A stretch of DNA of 64,000 nt from an uncultured Thermoleophilia bacterium (GCA_963733995.1 CAVTFO010000008.1:48900-112899), one strand, 5' to 3'. Shown: positions 31,827-41,286, numbered from the stretch's first letter. Notes: generated from the sequence alone by a model not told the origin. Numbers and translations are program-made.

Positions 31827-32527
31827 TCCAGCCACTCCGTCTGGAACCGCGGGTGCAGGTGGACGTCCACCTGCACCAGGCGCGTCCCGCCGGAGTTGAC
31901 GAAGCCGTGCGCGACGCCGCCCGGCGCGACCGCGATGTCGCCGGCCCGGAACACGCGCTGCTCGTCGCCGACCGTGAACGTCGCCTCGCCCTCGAGGACG
32001 ACGAAGATCTCCTCGTAGGGATGCCGGTGGAGCGCCGGCCCCTCGCCGGGCGCGGCGTCGACGACGATCACCGAGACGCTCGCCCCGGAGTCGTCGCCGA
32101 TCACCTCCTGGGCCCACGACCCGCGGCCGAGGTCGCCCGACGCGCCGCCCCACTCCTCCGGCGCGACGTCGGCGACGGACTCCGAGAACGTCCAGCTGTG
32201 GCCGCCGGGGTCCTGCGCCGTGTACTGCCGCTCGCCGTACGGGAACTCCTGCGGCGGCGCCACGATCCGGGCGCCGTGGCTCTCCGCACGGGCGGCGTGC
32301 GCGTCGAGGTCGTGGACGCGGACGAGGATCGACGCCGCGTCGCTGCCCGCCCCGCGCTCGGTCACCGCCACGGCGCCGTCGCCGACCGCGAGCTGCGCGC
32401 GATGGCTCCCGGCCCGCCAGCGCTCGCCGAAGCCGAACGCCGCGCAGAGCCAGTCGACCGCCGCGCCCACGTCGTCGTACGCCAGCACCGGGATCACCGC
32501 GCTCCGCGGCATCGACCGGTTCTGCAT
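31823..32527 (-). CDS. VOC (glyoxalase/bleomycin-resistance fold) + cupin two-domain protein
   Basis: ATG 32527 in ORF 31823..32758(-). The N-terminal half (VIPVLAYDDVGAAVDWLCAAFGF...QDPGGHSWTF) is VOC-like. The C-terminal half (GPALHRHPYEEIFVVLEGEATF...AVAPGGVAHGFVNSG) is cupin-like. No break is needed. Confidence 0.65.
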   Translation of the reverse strand: MQNRSMPRSAVIPVLAYDDVGAAVDWLCAAFGFGERWRAGSHRAQLAVGDGAVAVTERGAGSDAASILVRVHDLDAHAARAESHGARIVAPPQEFPYGERQYTAQDPGGHSWTFSESVADVAPEEWGGASGDLGRGSWAQEVIGDDSGASVSVIVVDAAPGEGPALHRHPYEEIFVVLEGEATFTVGDEQRVFRAGDIAVAPGGVAHGFVNSGGTRLVQVDVHLHPRFQTEWLD

Positions 32528-32529
32528 CG

Positions 32530-33498
32530 CTACCCGGGGTACTCGAGCGGGAGCCCGAACAGCGGGAAGACGCGCTCCGTGTCGAGGAAGAACGTGAACT
32601 CGACGACCTTGCCGTCCTCGATCTCGAGCACCTGCAGCGCCCACGGCTCGTAGCCGCCGTCGTCGCTCGGCTTGTACTGGCCGAACGCCGGCGCGCCGTT
32701 GGCCGCCACGGTCGGGATCACCCGCGAGCCACGGCAGCCGTTCCCGGGCCCGACCCACCAGGTGAGGATGTCGTCGCGCCCGCTGAGCCAGAGGTCGAAC
32801 GGCGGCATCGACTGCGTCGCGTCCTCCGCGATCAGCGACGTGAGCGCGTCCATGTCGTAGTTCTCGAACGCCTCCACGTAGCGCGCGAGCAGGTCGGCGT
32901 CGGCTGCATCCAGCGAGACCGGCCCCTCCGCCGAGACGTCGCTCGCCTCCAGCGTCGCCCGCGCCCGCTGCAGCGCGCTGTTCACCGAGGCGACGCTCGT
33001 CTCGAGCAGCTCCGCCACCTCTGTCGCCTTCCAGCGGAGCACCTCGCAGAGGATGAGCACGGCCCGCTGGCGCGGCGGCAGGTGCTGCAGCGCGGCGACG
33101 AACGCGAGCCGCACCGTCTCGCGCGCCTGCAGGACCTCGGCCGGGTCGCCGTCGGCGGGGACGACGAGCGCGTCAGGGATCGGCTCGAGCCACGTCACCT
33201 CGGGCAGCGTGTTGAGGTTCTCGACGACCGGCTCGCGCGCCGGCCCGAGGTCCATCGGCCGCGCGCGGCGCTTGCGGCCGTCGAGCATGTCGAGGCACAC
33301 GTTCGTCGCGATCCGGTACAGCCAGGAGCGCAGCGCGGCGCGGCCCTCGAACCGGTCGAAGCCGCGCCAGGCGCGGATGAACGTGTCCTGCACGGCGTCC
33401 TCGGCCTCGAACGAGGAGCCGAGCATCCGGTAGCAGTACCCGGTGAGCTCGGAGCGGTACTGCTCGAGCTGGACCTCGACCGGCGTCGCAGTGGTCAC
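32530..33498 (-). CDS. ECF-type RNA polymerase sigma factor with C-terminal SnoaL/NTF2-like domain (SigG-like)
   Basis: Intact 322 aa. Region 2 reads YRSELTGYCYRMLGSSFEAEDAVQDTFIRAW. Region 4 reads LPPRQRAVLILCEVLRWKATEVAELLETSVASVNSALQRAR. Then a roughly 130-aa extension (YVEAFENYDMDALTSLIAED...). Confidence 0.85.
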   Translation of the reverse strand: MTTATPVEVQLEQYRSELTGYCYRMLGSSFEAEDAVQDTFIRAWRGFDRFEGRAALRSWLYRIATNVCLDMLDGRKRRARPMDLGPAREPVVENLNTLPEVTWLEPIPDALVVPADGDPAEVLQARETVRLAFVAALQHLPPRQRAVLILCEVLRWKATEVAELLETSVASVNSALQRARATLEASDVSAEGPVSLDAADADLLARYVEAFENYDMDALTSLIAEDATQSMPPFDLWLSGRDDILTWWVGPGNGCRGSRVIPTVAANGAPAFGQYKPSDDGGYEPWALQVLEIEDGKVVEFTFFLDTERVFPLFGLPLEYPG

Positions 33499-33566
33499 CC
33501 CGGCACTCTAGGCACCCGTGCCCACCGGCCGCCGGACGAGCCGTCGTCGCTTGACACGGCCGCGCC

Positions 33567-34388
33567 GTGTGGCGACCCTCGAGTGCGGACGTGCCCGACG
33601 TCTACGCGACGATCACCGAGGCCGACCCGGCCGTCGTCGAGCAGCTCGCCGACATCCTCGAGCTGCGCGCGGCCGACCCGCAGCAGCGGGAGCTGCGCGA
33701 GGCGTACCTCTCTGACCTGCCGTTCGACGGGGCCCGCGTGCTCGAGGTCGGCTGCGGCACCGGTGCCGTGGCCCGCGACCTCGCCTCGCGGCCCGGCGTC
33801 GCCGAGGTCGTCGGCGTCGACCCCTCGCCGGTGCTGCTCGCGCGGGCCCGCGAGCTCGGCGGCGGGGTCTCGTACGTCGAGGGCGACGGCCGCGCGCTCC
33901 CGCTCGAGGACGCGTCGTTGGACAGCGTCGTCTTCCACACGACGCTCTGCCACATCCCCGAGCCCGACCGGGCGCTCGCCGAGGCGTGGCGCGTGCTCCG
34001 GCCGGGCGGACGGCTCGCGATCTTCGACGGCGACTACGCGACGACGACGATGTCGACCGGCCCGTTCGACCCGCTGCAGGCGTGCGCGGACGCCGTCGTC
34101 GACTTCCTCGTCCACGACCCGTACCTCGTGCGCTCCCTGCCGCGACTCGCCGCCGCGGCCGGCTTCGAGGTCGAGCGGCTGCGCGGCCACAGCTACGTGG
34201 AGGCGCCCTCGTCGGGCGGGTACATGGTGACGCTGGCCGAGCGTGGCGCGGCGATCCTCGCCGACGCGGGCCGGATCTCGCGCGCCACGGCCGACGCGCT
34301 CGCGGCCGAGGCCCGGCGCCGCTCCGACGAGGGCGTGTTCTTCGGCCACATCGCGTACGCGAGCCTCACCGCCCGGAAGCCCGCGTAG
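33567..34388 (+). CDS. class I SAM-dependent methyltransferase
   Basis: Intact 273-aa ORF. SAM motif RVLEVGCGTGAVARDL, LRPGGRLAIFD. The true start may be slightly downstream. Confidence 0.8.
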   Translation: MWRPSSADVPDVYATITEADPAVVEQLADILELRAADPQQRELREAYLSDLPFDGARVLEVGCGTGAVARDLASRPGVAEVVGVDPSPVLLARARELGGGVSYVEGDGRALPLEDASLDSVVFHTTLCHIPEPDRALAEAWRVLRPGGRLAIFDGDYATTTMSTGPFDPLQACADAVVDFLVHDPYLVRSLPRLAAAAGFEVERLRGHSYVEAPSSGGYMVTLAERGAAILADAGRISRATADALAAEARRRSDEGVFFGHIAYASLTARKPA

Positions 34389-34463
34389 CCGCGGTCTCAT
34401 CGCCGTTTCATGCGTGCGGTCTAGAAGAACGGGCACGAAGGCACGCGAGACCAGGGAGGACAC

Positions 34464-34791
34464 ATGCGACGCTTCACGACACGCAGGCTTGCCATCGCCA
34501 CCGCCGTCGTCGTCGCAGCCGCCGCGATCGGCGGCGGGGTCGCGATCGCGGCCGGCGGGGACGACGACGCCACCGACACGCCGATCACCGGAGCCGCGCT
34601 CCAGAAGGCGTCGGCGGCGGCGCTCGCCCACACCGGCGGCGGCGAAGGTCACCGGCACGGAGGTCGGCGACGAGGAGAGCCGCTACGAGGTCGAGGTGAC
34701 GCTCGACGACGGCTCACAGGTGGACGTCCAGCTCGACGAGCAGTTCGGCGTCGTCGGCTCCGAGGCGGAGCACGGCGAGCAGGACGACTGA
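34464..34791 (+). CDS. PepSY-domain secreted/membrane-anchored protein (needs 1 frame correction)
   Basis: ORF 34464 has a signal/TM start: MRRFTTRRLAIATAVVVAAAAIGGGVAIAAG...ALQKASAAALAHTGGG. After about 34640 it continues in the ORF 34243..34791 frame (KVTGTEVGDEESRYEVEVTLDDGSQVDVQLDEQF), which is PepSY-like. Confidence 0.55.
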
Positions 34792-34810
34792 CGCCAGCAA
34801 CACGGTCCGC

Positions 34811-34844
34811 AAGCGACCTAGTGACAGTCTGTTGCTTTGTCGCT
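34811..34844. repeat. 34-nt direct repeat, copy 1
   Basis: AAGCGACCTAGTGACAGTCTGTTGCTTTGTCGCT. Identical at 32 of 34 positions to 34910..34943. It contains nested inverted repeats (AGCGAC...GTCGCT and ACAG-T-CTGT). Confidence 0.8.
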
Positions 34845-34909
34845 TTCGGTTCGGGAAACGGCCGCGGGGCTTCGTCCGGTCTTGCGGAGCAGCGCCGTAA
34901 CCCGTTCGA

Positions 34910-34943
34910 AAGCGACCTAGTGACAGACTGTTGCTTTGTCACT
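34910..34943. repeat. 34-nt direct repeat, copy 2
   Basis: AAGCGACCTAGTGACAGACTGTTGCTTTGTCACT, 99 nt downstream of copy 1. It ends 10 nt before the GGAAGGGAGAGG SD of the next gene. Confidence 0.8.
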
Positions 34944-34966
34944 CTCGACGCCGGAAGGGAGAGGCT

Positions 34967-35785
34967 CTGCTCGCACTGCGTCTGGTCGCACCGACGGGGA
35001 TCGACGGGCTCGTGCTCGAGGAGATCGACGTGCCCGTGCCGGAACCCAGGCGAGGCGCTCGTCCGCGTCCACGCCGCCGCGCTCACGCGCGACGAGCTCG
35101 AGTGGCCGGTCGACCGGCTTCCGGCGACGCCGTCGTACGAGCTCTCGGGCGTGGTCGAGGCGGTCGGCCCGGACGTGGACGGGGTGACAGCAGGCGACGA
35201 GGTCTTCGCGCTGACGCCGTTCGACCGCGACGGCGCGGCTGCCGAGTACGCCGTCGTCCCGGCCGCCGCGCTCGCGCCGAAGCCGCAGGACGCTCGACCA
35301 CCTCGGAGGCCGCGGCCCTGCCGCTCGCCGCGCTGAGCGCCTGGCAGGGGCTCTTCGACCACGGCGGGCTGGAGGCCGGGGAACGCGTCGTGATCCACGG
35401 CGCGGGCGGCGGCGTTGGCCATCTCGCCGTCCAGCTCGCCCGGCACCGCGGCGCCGACGTCGTCGCGACCGACCGCTCGGTCACGGACGTCGAGGCGGCG
35501 GTCGCGGGCGCAGACCTCGTCTTCGACACGGTCGGCGGCGACGTCCTCGCCCGCTCGGCAGGGCCGCGCGTCGTCTCGGTCGCCGAGGAGGCGCCGGGCG
35601 CGACCTACTTCGTGGTCGAGCCGAACCGCGAGCAGCTCCTCGAGCTGGCCGCGCTCGTCGACGCCGGCGCGCTGCGGCCGCAGCTCGACTCGGTGTTCCC
35701 GCTCGCCGACGCCCGCGCCGCGTTCGAGCGCGTCGCGGCGTCCGGCAAGCACGGCAAGGTAGTGCTCCGTGTCCGCGACGCCTAG
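34967..35785 (+). CDS. NADPH:quinone oxidoreductase / zinc-type MDR dehydrogenase (needs 2 frame corrections; start uncertain)
   Basis: The ORF 34931 frame reads ALLALRLVAPTGIDGLVLEEIDVPVP. The ORF 34464 frame reads GEALVRVHAAALTRDELEW...YELSGVVEAVGPDVDGVTAGDEVFAL. Back in the 34931 frame: AAALPLAALSAWQGL...VVIHGAGGGVGHLAVQLA...GKVVLRV. No ATG or GTG lies after the SD. Confidence 0.72.
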   Translation: MLALRLVAPTGIDGLVLEEIDVPVPEPRRGARPRPRRRAHARRARVAGRPASGDAVVRALGRGRGGRPGRGRGDSRRRGLRADAVRPRRRGCRVRRRPGRRARAEAAGRSTTSEAAALPLAALSAWQGLFDHGGLEAGERVVIHGAGGGVGHLAVQLARHRGADVVATDRSVTDVEAAVAGADLVFDTVGGDVLARSAGPRVVSVAEEAPGATYFVVEPNREQLLELAALVDAGALRPQLDSVFPLADARAAFERVAASGKHGKVVLRVRDA

Positions 35786-36566
35786 CCGCGCCGACCGCGC
35801 CGCCGCCTTCCGCGCCCTCCACGAGGGCGAGCCGTTCCTCATCCCGAATCCGTGGGACGCAGGCTCGGCGCGCGTGCTCGAGGCGCTCGGCGCCCGCGCG
35901 CTCGCGACGACGAGCTCCGGCTTCGCCTACACCCTCGGCCGGCTCGACGGCGGCGCGACGCTCGACGAGGTCGTCGCGCACACGTCGGCGCTCGTGGACG
36001 CGAGCTCCCTCCCGCTCTCGGTCGACCTCGAGAACGGGTACGGCGCGGCCCCGGAGCAGGCGGCCGAGGCGATCCGGCGCGTCGCCGCCGCCGGCGCCGT
36101 CGGCGGCTCGATCGAGGACTGGGACCCGAACGGGCACCTCTACGAGCTCCCGCACGCGGTCGAGCGCGTCGCCGCCGCGGTCGAGGCCGCCCGCGACGTC
36201 GACCTCGTGCTCACCGCGCGGGCCGAGAACCACATCCGCGGCAACCCGGACCTCGACGACACGATCCGGCGCCTGCAGGCGTACGAGGAAGCGGGCGCGG
36301 ACGTCCTCTACGCCCCCGGCCTGCGCACCGCGGACGAGATCCGGCGCGTCTGCGAGTCGGTCTCGCGTCCGGTGAACGTGCTCGCGCACCCCGGGCTGAC
36401 CTTCGCCGAGGCGGCGGAGGCCGGAGCGCAGCGGGTCAGCGTCGGCGGCGCGCTCGCCTGGGTGGCGGTGAGCGCCTTCGCCGCGGCCGCCGAGGACGCG
36501 CTCGTGCGGGGCGACTTCTCCGCTCTCGGCGCACGTCCGTCGCTGCGCGACTGGCTCGGCTCCTAG
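35769..36566 (+). CDS. isocitrate lyase / PEP mutase family protein
   Basis: Intact 265-aa ORF. Reads FLIPNPWDAGSARVLEALGARALATTSSGFA, SVDLENGYG, GGSIEDW, EAGADVLYAPG. Confidence 0.8.
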   Translation: MSATPSRADRAAAFRALHEGEPFLIPNPWDAGSARVLEALGARALATTSSGFAYTLGRLDGGATLDEVVAHTSALVDASSLPLSVDLENGYGAAPEQAAEAIRRVAAAGAVGGSIEDWDPNGHLYELPHAVERVAAAVEAARDVDLVLTARAENHIRGNPDLDDTIRRLQAYEEAGADVLYAPGLRTADEIRRVCESVSRPVNVLAHPGLTFAEAAEAGAQRVSVGGALAWVAVSAFAAAAEDALVRGDFSALGARPSLRDWLGS

Positions 36567-37054
36567 GCCGAGACCCGGCGCGCCCACGCGCGGGCCCGCT
36601 CGAGCTCGCCGTCCTCCAGCGGCCCCTCCGAATCGCGCACGAAGAAGCTCTCCGCCGGCGCGACGAGCTCGAAGCCCTTCCGCGAGAGCCGCCGCGCCAG
36701 CGTGCGTCCAGCGGAGCCGACGAGAACCACCGGCTTGTCGATCCGCGTGTCGAACGCGGCCGCCCGGCGCCCCTTGCCCGGCGGCAGCTCGGCGAGCCAG
36801 CCGCGGGCACCAGGCCCCGGCTCCCGCTCTTCGCCCTTCTGCTGTAGCGCGGCCCGCCGCGAATATGTCGACGAGAGCCCGTGCACGTGCGTCGGCGCGC
36901 CGACGACGACGAGGTCGACGCCGTCGAGCGACGGCGGCGGCTCGTCCACCGAGACCAGCGTCACGTCATGGTCGATGCGCAGCTCGTCGGCGACGGCCTC
37001 CGCGAGCGCACCCGTGTTCCCGAACCACGATTCGTAGGCGACCACGGCTCTCAT
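36563..37054 (-). CDS. flavodoxin-family protein
   Basis: Intact 163-aa ORF. Reads MRAVVAYESWFGNTGALAEAVA and DLVVVGAPTHVHG, a flavodoxin-like phosphate-binding start. Confidence 0.7.
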   Translation of the reverse strand: MRAVVAYESWFGNTGALAEAVADELRIDHDVTLVSVDEPPPSLDGVDLVVVGAPTHVHGLSSTYSRRAALQQKGEEREPGPGARGWLAELPPGKGRRAAAFDTRIDKPVVLVGSAGRTLARRLSRKGFELVAPAESFFVRDSEGPLEDGELERARAWARRVSA

Positions 37055-37224
37055 GGCTTCTCCCTTCGTCCGCTGTCGATCCGCCCGGAGCCTCGTCCGG
37101 CGCGACGCGCGCGGCGTCGGGGTTTCCGCCGATCAGCGGAGTGCGGCGAACCGAACGTGGATCGGTGACGAACCGGTCGTATGAACTCGGGAAGCGGACA
37201 CTGTCATTCACCCGTCTAGTTGAA

Positions 37225-37434
37225 ATGGTCACGCCCATGTATCACGAGCTCGCACAGCGAAGCGAAGACGGCATCGTCGTCCGGCTGCTCTGGGACGAGG
37301 CGAACGACCAGGTGCTCGTGCGGTACAAGGACACGCGCACCGGCGAAGCGTTCTCGACCCAGGTACCGAACGCGGAGGCGCTCGAGGCATTCCGCCACCC
37401 GAACGCGTACCGCGGCGAAGCCATCGCCGCGTAG
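37225..37434 (+). CDS. small hypothetical protein
   Basis: ATG 37225 (or 37237) at the end of the ORF 36865..37434 frame: MYHELAQRSEDGIVVRLLWDEANDQVLVRYKDTRTGEAFSTQVPNAEALEAFRHPNAY. The composition is protein-like, unlike the upstream part of the ORF. Confidence 0.5.
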   Translation: MVTPMYHELAQRSEDGIVVRLLWDEANDQVLVRYKDTRTGEAFSTQVPNAEALEAFRHPNAYRGEAIAA

Positions 37435-37437
37435 CGC

Positions 37438-38151
37438 TCACGGCACCAGCTCGAGCGCGCCGTCGTCGTCGACGCCGGAGAACGACCTCCCCTCCCAGAG
37501 GATGTCGGCGAACGTGAGCGCCTGGGCGATCCCGGCCACGTAGGCGCCCTGCCTCGCGGTGACGGTGACGGCGAACGTGTGGGGCTGCCCGTCACAGACC
37601 GGCAGGTACGGGCCGGAGCCGCTCGTGAGCACCTGGGAGACGCCGACGCTCGACGGGACGCCCGTCGGCCCCGCGGGGCACGCGACGGTGACATCCAGCA
37701 CGACCGACGCTCCGCCGGCCGCGAGCCGGGCCGAGTCGCCGAGCTCGACGGTGACGCCCGGATCGATGGAGACGACCTCGGTGTCGCTCGCGGACTGCGT
37801 CTTTCCGCGTGCGGAGACGACCGTCGCCGTCACGTCGGCGGTGCCGAGGCTGAAGACGCCGCTCTCGACGGGGACGACGATGTTGAACACCTGCACGAAG
37901 CCCGCGCAGGTGAGCGGGATCGGCGCGCGACCCGATCCGCTCGGCTGCGAGACGGCGACGACGGCCTGGACGACCGTCGCGCGCTCGCCGCACGAGGCGA
38001 GCACCTGCACGCGGATGGAGCGCGCATCCGGGGCCATCACGCCGAGCGAGTGCACGTCGACGGTCGGCGGCGACGGAGCCCGCGCCGAGGCGGGCAGGGC
38101 GGCGACGGCGGCGAGAAGGACGGCGGCGACGAGGAGAGGGAAGCGGCGCAT
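37438..38151 (-). CDS. secreted hypothetical protein (two similar beta-rich halves)
   Basis: Intact 237-aa ORF with signal peptide MRRFPLLVAAVLLAAVAALPASA. Two segments each carry paired Cys (LASCGERATV...PLTCAGF and VTVACPAGP...LPVCDGQ). Confidence 0.6.
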   Translation of the reverse strand: MRRFPLLVAAVLLAAVAALPASARAPSPPTVDVHSLGVMAPDARSIRVQVLASCGERATVVQAVVAVSQPSGSGRAPIPLTCAGFVQVFNIVVPVESGVFSLGTADVTATVVSARGKTQSASDTEVVSIDPGVTVELGDSARLAAGGASVVLDVTVACPAGPTGVPSSVGVSQVLTSGSGPYLPVCDGQPHTFAVTVTARQGAYVAGIAQALTFADILWEGRSFSGVDDDGALELVP

Positions 38152-38217
38152 GGCGACCTCCGTTCAGGGCGAAGAGCTATCGCCAGGACTACGGCCGGCG
38201 ATACCCGATCGGATTTC

Positions 38218-38644
38218 TCAGGCACCGAGCCGGAATACGGGGTGACGCGCCGCCTCCGCCGCGAAGGCCTCGAGCGGCGCATCGCGGCCGGCCTCGAAAT
38301 ACGGCCGCACGACCGGCACCTTCCGGACGTACTCGCGCAGGACGGGCGCGGCCTCGTCCGGGCCGACCTCCTCGATCGCGAGGGTCTCGGAGCGTCCGCG
38401 CCGGCCGAGCGTGACGCGTGCCCGCAGCGCGCGCGTTCCGCACCCACCCCACCTCGCCGTAGGGCGCGACGAGCCAGCGCGCGCCGTTCTCGATCAGCCG
38501 CACCGGCGTCGAGTGCGGCTCGCCCGTCTTCCTGCCCGGCACCGTCAGCACGTAGACGTGCGGCGCCAGCCCAAGCCGGGCGAGCGGCCGCACGAGGCCG
38601 TTCAGCAGCCGCCGGATGCGCGTTGGACGGAAACTGCGGGCCAT
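38218..38644 (-). CDS. DDN-type (F420-dependent nitroreductase family, PF04075-like) protein (needs 1 frame correction)
   Basis: ORF 38189..38644 starts VYVLTVPGRKTGEPHSTPVRLIENGARWLVAPYGEVGWVRNARAAG. After about 38410 another frame reads VTLGRRGRSETLAIEEVGPDEAAPVLREYVRKVPVVRPYF...HPVFRLGA. Stop is TGA at 38218-38220 (complement). Confidence 0.65.
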
Positions 38645-40061
38645 GGGCTAGTCGAGGGTGAGTGCACGATCCGCTGGACGTTCGAGATCGCCTCGTTGCC
38701 GACGGCGTCGATCGCGACCGCACGAACGAGGTACGTCCCGTCCGGGCGTCCCGACGTGTCGAACGTCGCCTCGTAGCTCGCGCCGTCGCTCGGCGAATCG
38801 ACCGTCTCGAGCTCCTGCCAGTCCGGGCGTGCCCGAGTCGCCTCGCGAGCTCGAAGCGCACGGACGCGACGCCCGAGCCGCCGTCCTCCGCCTCGGCGCT
38901 GAGCAGGGAGCCGGTCTCGGTGGCCTCCGGCGTCGCGAGCGTCACCGTCGGCGGCGTGTTGTCGACGAGCACCGTCGCCGGGTCGGACTCGCCCTCGTTG
39001 CCGGCGCCGTCGGTCGCGGTGGCGACGATCTCGTACTCCCCGTCGGGGACGGCAGTCGTGTCCCACGTCGCGACGAACGGCGCCTCCGTGTCCTCGCCGA
39101 GGTCGACGGAGCCGCCCGGGCCGGTCGCGGAGAAGGCGACGCTCGTCACGCCGCTCGGGTCGCTCGCCTCCGCGGTGACCTGGATCGAGCCGCGCACCTG
39201 CTCGGCCGGCACGCTGACGCTGACGGACGGCGCCTCGGTGTCGGCGGCCTCGGTCGTCCCTCCCGTCGTCTCGTCGGTGGTCGCGACCGTCTCGGCCGTC
39301 GTGGGGCCCGGCTCCTCGTCGGGAGGATCGTCGGCGAGCACCGCGGCGGCGCCGATCCCGAGCAGGACGGCGGCCGCGAGCACTGCCACGGCGAGGAGCA
39401 GGCGGCGGCGACGGATCCGGATGCGCTCGCGCTCCGCGCCTTCCGCGGCGATCGGGACGAGCTCGAGGTTGTGGCGTGTGACCTCCGCGCCCGCGACGTC
39501 CCCGGCGTCCTGCCGCAGCCGGAGCGCGCGCTCGAGCTCCGCCGTCGCCGCCTGCGCGTCGTCCGCCCCCAGCGCGAGCGTGCCGAGCTCGTGCCGGGCC
39601 CAGCCCTCGGCGACCGCGTCGCCGACGGAGGCCGCGGTCGCGGCCAGCCGCTCGAGGACCTCGAGCAGCGCCAGCCAGCGCGGCACGAGCGCGAGGAGCG
39701 CGACGAGCGAGCGCGCGAGTCGCAGCTCGTCGTCGAGCCGGCCCTCGCGGTCGGCGCGGTCGACGAGGTCGAGCAGCCGGCCGACCTGCTGCTCTAGCAG
39801 CTTCGGATCGAGCGTGACCCCTTTCGCGAGCATCGAGACGAGCTCGTCCGCGTGCTCGACCGCCGCGATCGTCGACTCGAGCTCCGCGCCGGCCGTCTCG
39901 AACGTCTGCGCCGCGCGCGCCGTGCCGCTGGGAGTCTCCCGAGCCTCGGCCAGCTGGCTGCGCGACCGGCGCTCGGGCTTCGGCGCAGGCGCCGCGCGGG
40001 TGCCTTCTTCGGCCCCGATTGCGAGCGAGAACCGCCCCACGGTGATCCGGACGCCGACCAC
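38602..40061 (-). CDS. single-pass membrane protein: cytoplasmic helical (TPR-like) N-domain plus extracellular tandem Ig-like domains (needs frame correction; 3' end uncertain)
   Basis: ORF 38037..40061 has the N-domain, TM RRRLLLAVAVLAAAVLLGIGAAAVL, a T/E-rich linker, and Ig-like repeat 1 (VTAEASDPSGVTSVAFSATG...PDGEYEIVATATDGAGNEGES...VDNTPPTVTL). Repeat 2 continues in the ORF 38602..40074 frame (PDGTYLVRAVAIDAVGNEAIS). Confidence 0.6.
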
Positions 40062-40204
40062 CCCGCCGCGACACTGCCCCGTCCGCGCGGCCGCGTCAAG
40101 CCCGTCGATTCCGGCGCCTCGCCGTTCGTCGCACCGATGACTTCTGCCTGCGCGGGACGTCTGATACGTGGAGACTCCGCAACGCTCACATCCGGAGGTG
40201 ACGC

Positions 40205-41281
40205 ATGTCGAAGACCGTCCTGATGGTCGGGACCCGGAAAGGGTGCTTCCTGCTCGAGAGCGACGAGGCCCGTCGCGACTGGTCGCTGCGCGGCCCGTTC
40301 TGCGAGGGCTGGCCGATCTACCACGTGATCCGCGACGCCGACTCGGGCACGGTCTTCGCCGCCGCGGCGAGCGAGTGGCACGGCTCGAGCGTCTGGCGCA
40401 GCCCCGACCTGGGCGAGACGTGGGAGCAGTCGAGCGAAGGCCTGTCCTACGAGAACGGCGACCTGAAGCTCTCGAAGGTGTCGGGCCTCACCGCGGCGCA
40501 CGGGCGCCTCTTCGCCGGCGCCGAGAACCCCGGCGTGTTCGAGAGCCGCGACGGCGGCGTCACGTGGTCGCTCCTCACCAACCTCGAGGGCCAGCCGGGG
40601 AGCGAGGGCTGGAACGACCCCGCCAACCAGCCGCCGGGCCACCTCGGCGTGCCGGCGATCCTGCCGCACCCGGACGACCCGAGCCGCTACTGGGCGATCG
40701 TGCAGGGCGTCGGGATCTTCGAGACGACCGACGACGCCGCCACGTGGACGCCGCGCAACCGCGGGCTCCGCGCCGACTGGCCGCGCGACCACGAGGAGGT
40801 CGGATTCTGCGTGCACAAGCTCGTGATGTCGCCGACCGACAACGACCGGCTCTACCAGCAGAACCACGTCGGCATGCACCGCAGCGACGACGCGGGGCAG
40901 TCGTGGACGGAGATCACCGAGGGCCTCCCCACCGAGTTCGGCTTCGCAGCCGCGGTGCACCCGCACGACCGCGACACGTTCTACGTCGTCCCGCTCGACC
41001 CCGGGCACGCCCGCTGCATGCCGGACGGCAAGGCGGCCGTGTGGCGCACGCGCGACGCCGGCTCGAGCTGGCAGCGGCTCGACGACGGCCTCCCGCAGGA
41101 GGACGCGCACGTCGGCGTGCTGCGCGAGGGGATGGCGATCGACACGTACGACCAGCCGGGCGTCTACTTCGGGACGAGCACGGGCCAGGTCTTCGCGAGC
41201 GCGGACGAGGGCGAGACCTGGACGGAGATCGCGAGCTACCTCCCCGGGATCGCGTCGGTCGAGGTCGCGATCGTCGACTAG
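40205..41281 (+). CDS. BNR/Asp-box repeat beta-propeller protein (sialidase-like fold)
   Basis: Intact 358-aa ORF with six S/T-x-D-x-G-x-T/S-W boxes: SPDLGETW, SRDGGVTW, TTDDAATW, SDDAGQSW, TRDAGSSW, SADEGETW. No signal peptide. Confidence 0.8.
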   Translation: MSKTVLMVGTRKGCFLLESDEARRDWSLRGPFCEGWPIYHVIRDADSGTVFAAAASEWHGSSVWRSPDLGETWEQSSEGLSYENGDLKLSKVSGLTAAHGRLFAGAENPGVFESRDGGVTWSLLTNLEGQPGSEGWNDPANQPPGHLGVPAILPHPDDPSRYWAIVQGVGIFETTDDAATWTPRNRGLRADWPRDHEEVGFCVHKLVMSPTDNDRLYQQNHVGMHRSDDAGQSWTEITEGLPTEFGFAAAVHPHDRDTFYVVPLDPGHARCMPDGKAAVWRTRDAGSSWQRLDDGLPQEDAHVGVLREGMAIDTYDQPGVYFGTSTGQVFASADEGETWTEIASYLPGIASVEVAIVD

Positions 41282-41286
41282 GGACC

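Noticed and set aside
15830-34943. A possible link between the MMPL dyad (AGTGAC-TT-GTCACT) and the 34-nt repeats, which also contain AGTGAC...GTCACT/GTCGCT half-sites.
   Set aside because: The spacing differs (2 nt versus 13 nt). A given hexamer of this composition is expected more than ten times in the window on both strands, so a shared regulator is not supported without a genome-wide motif analysis.
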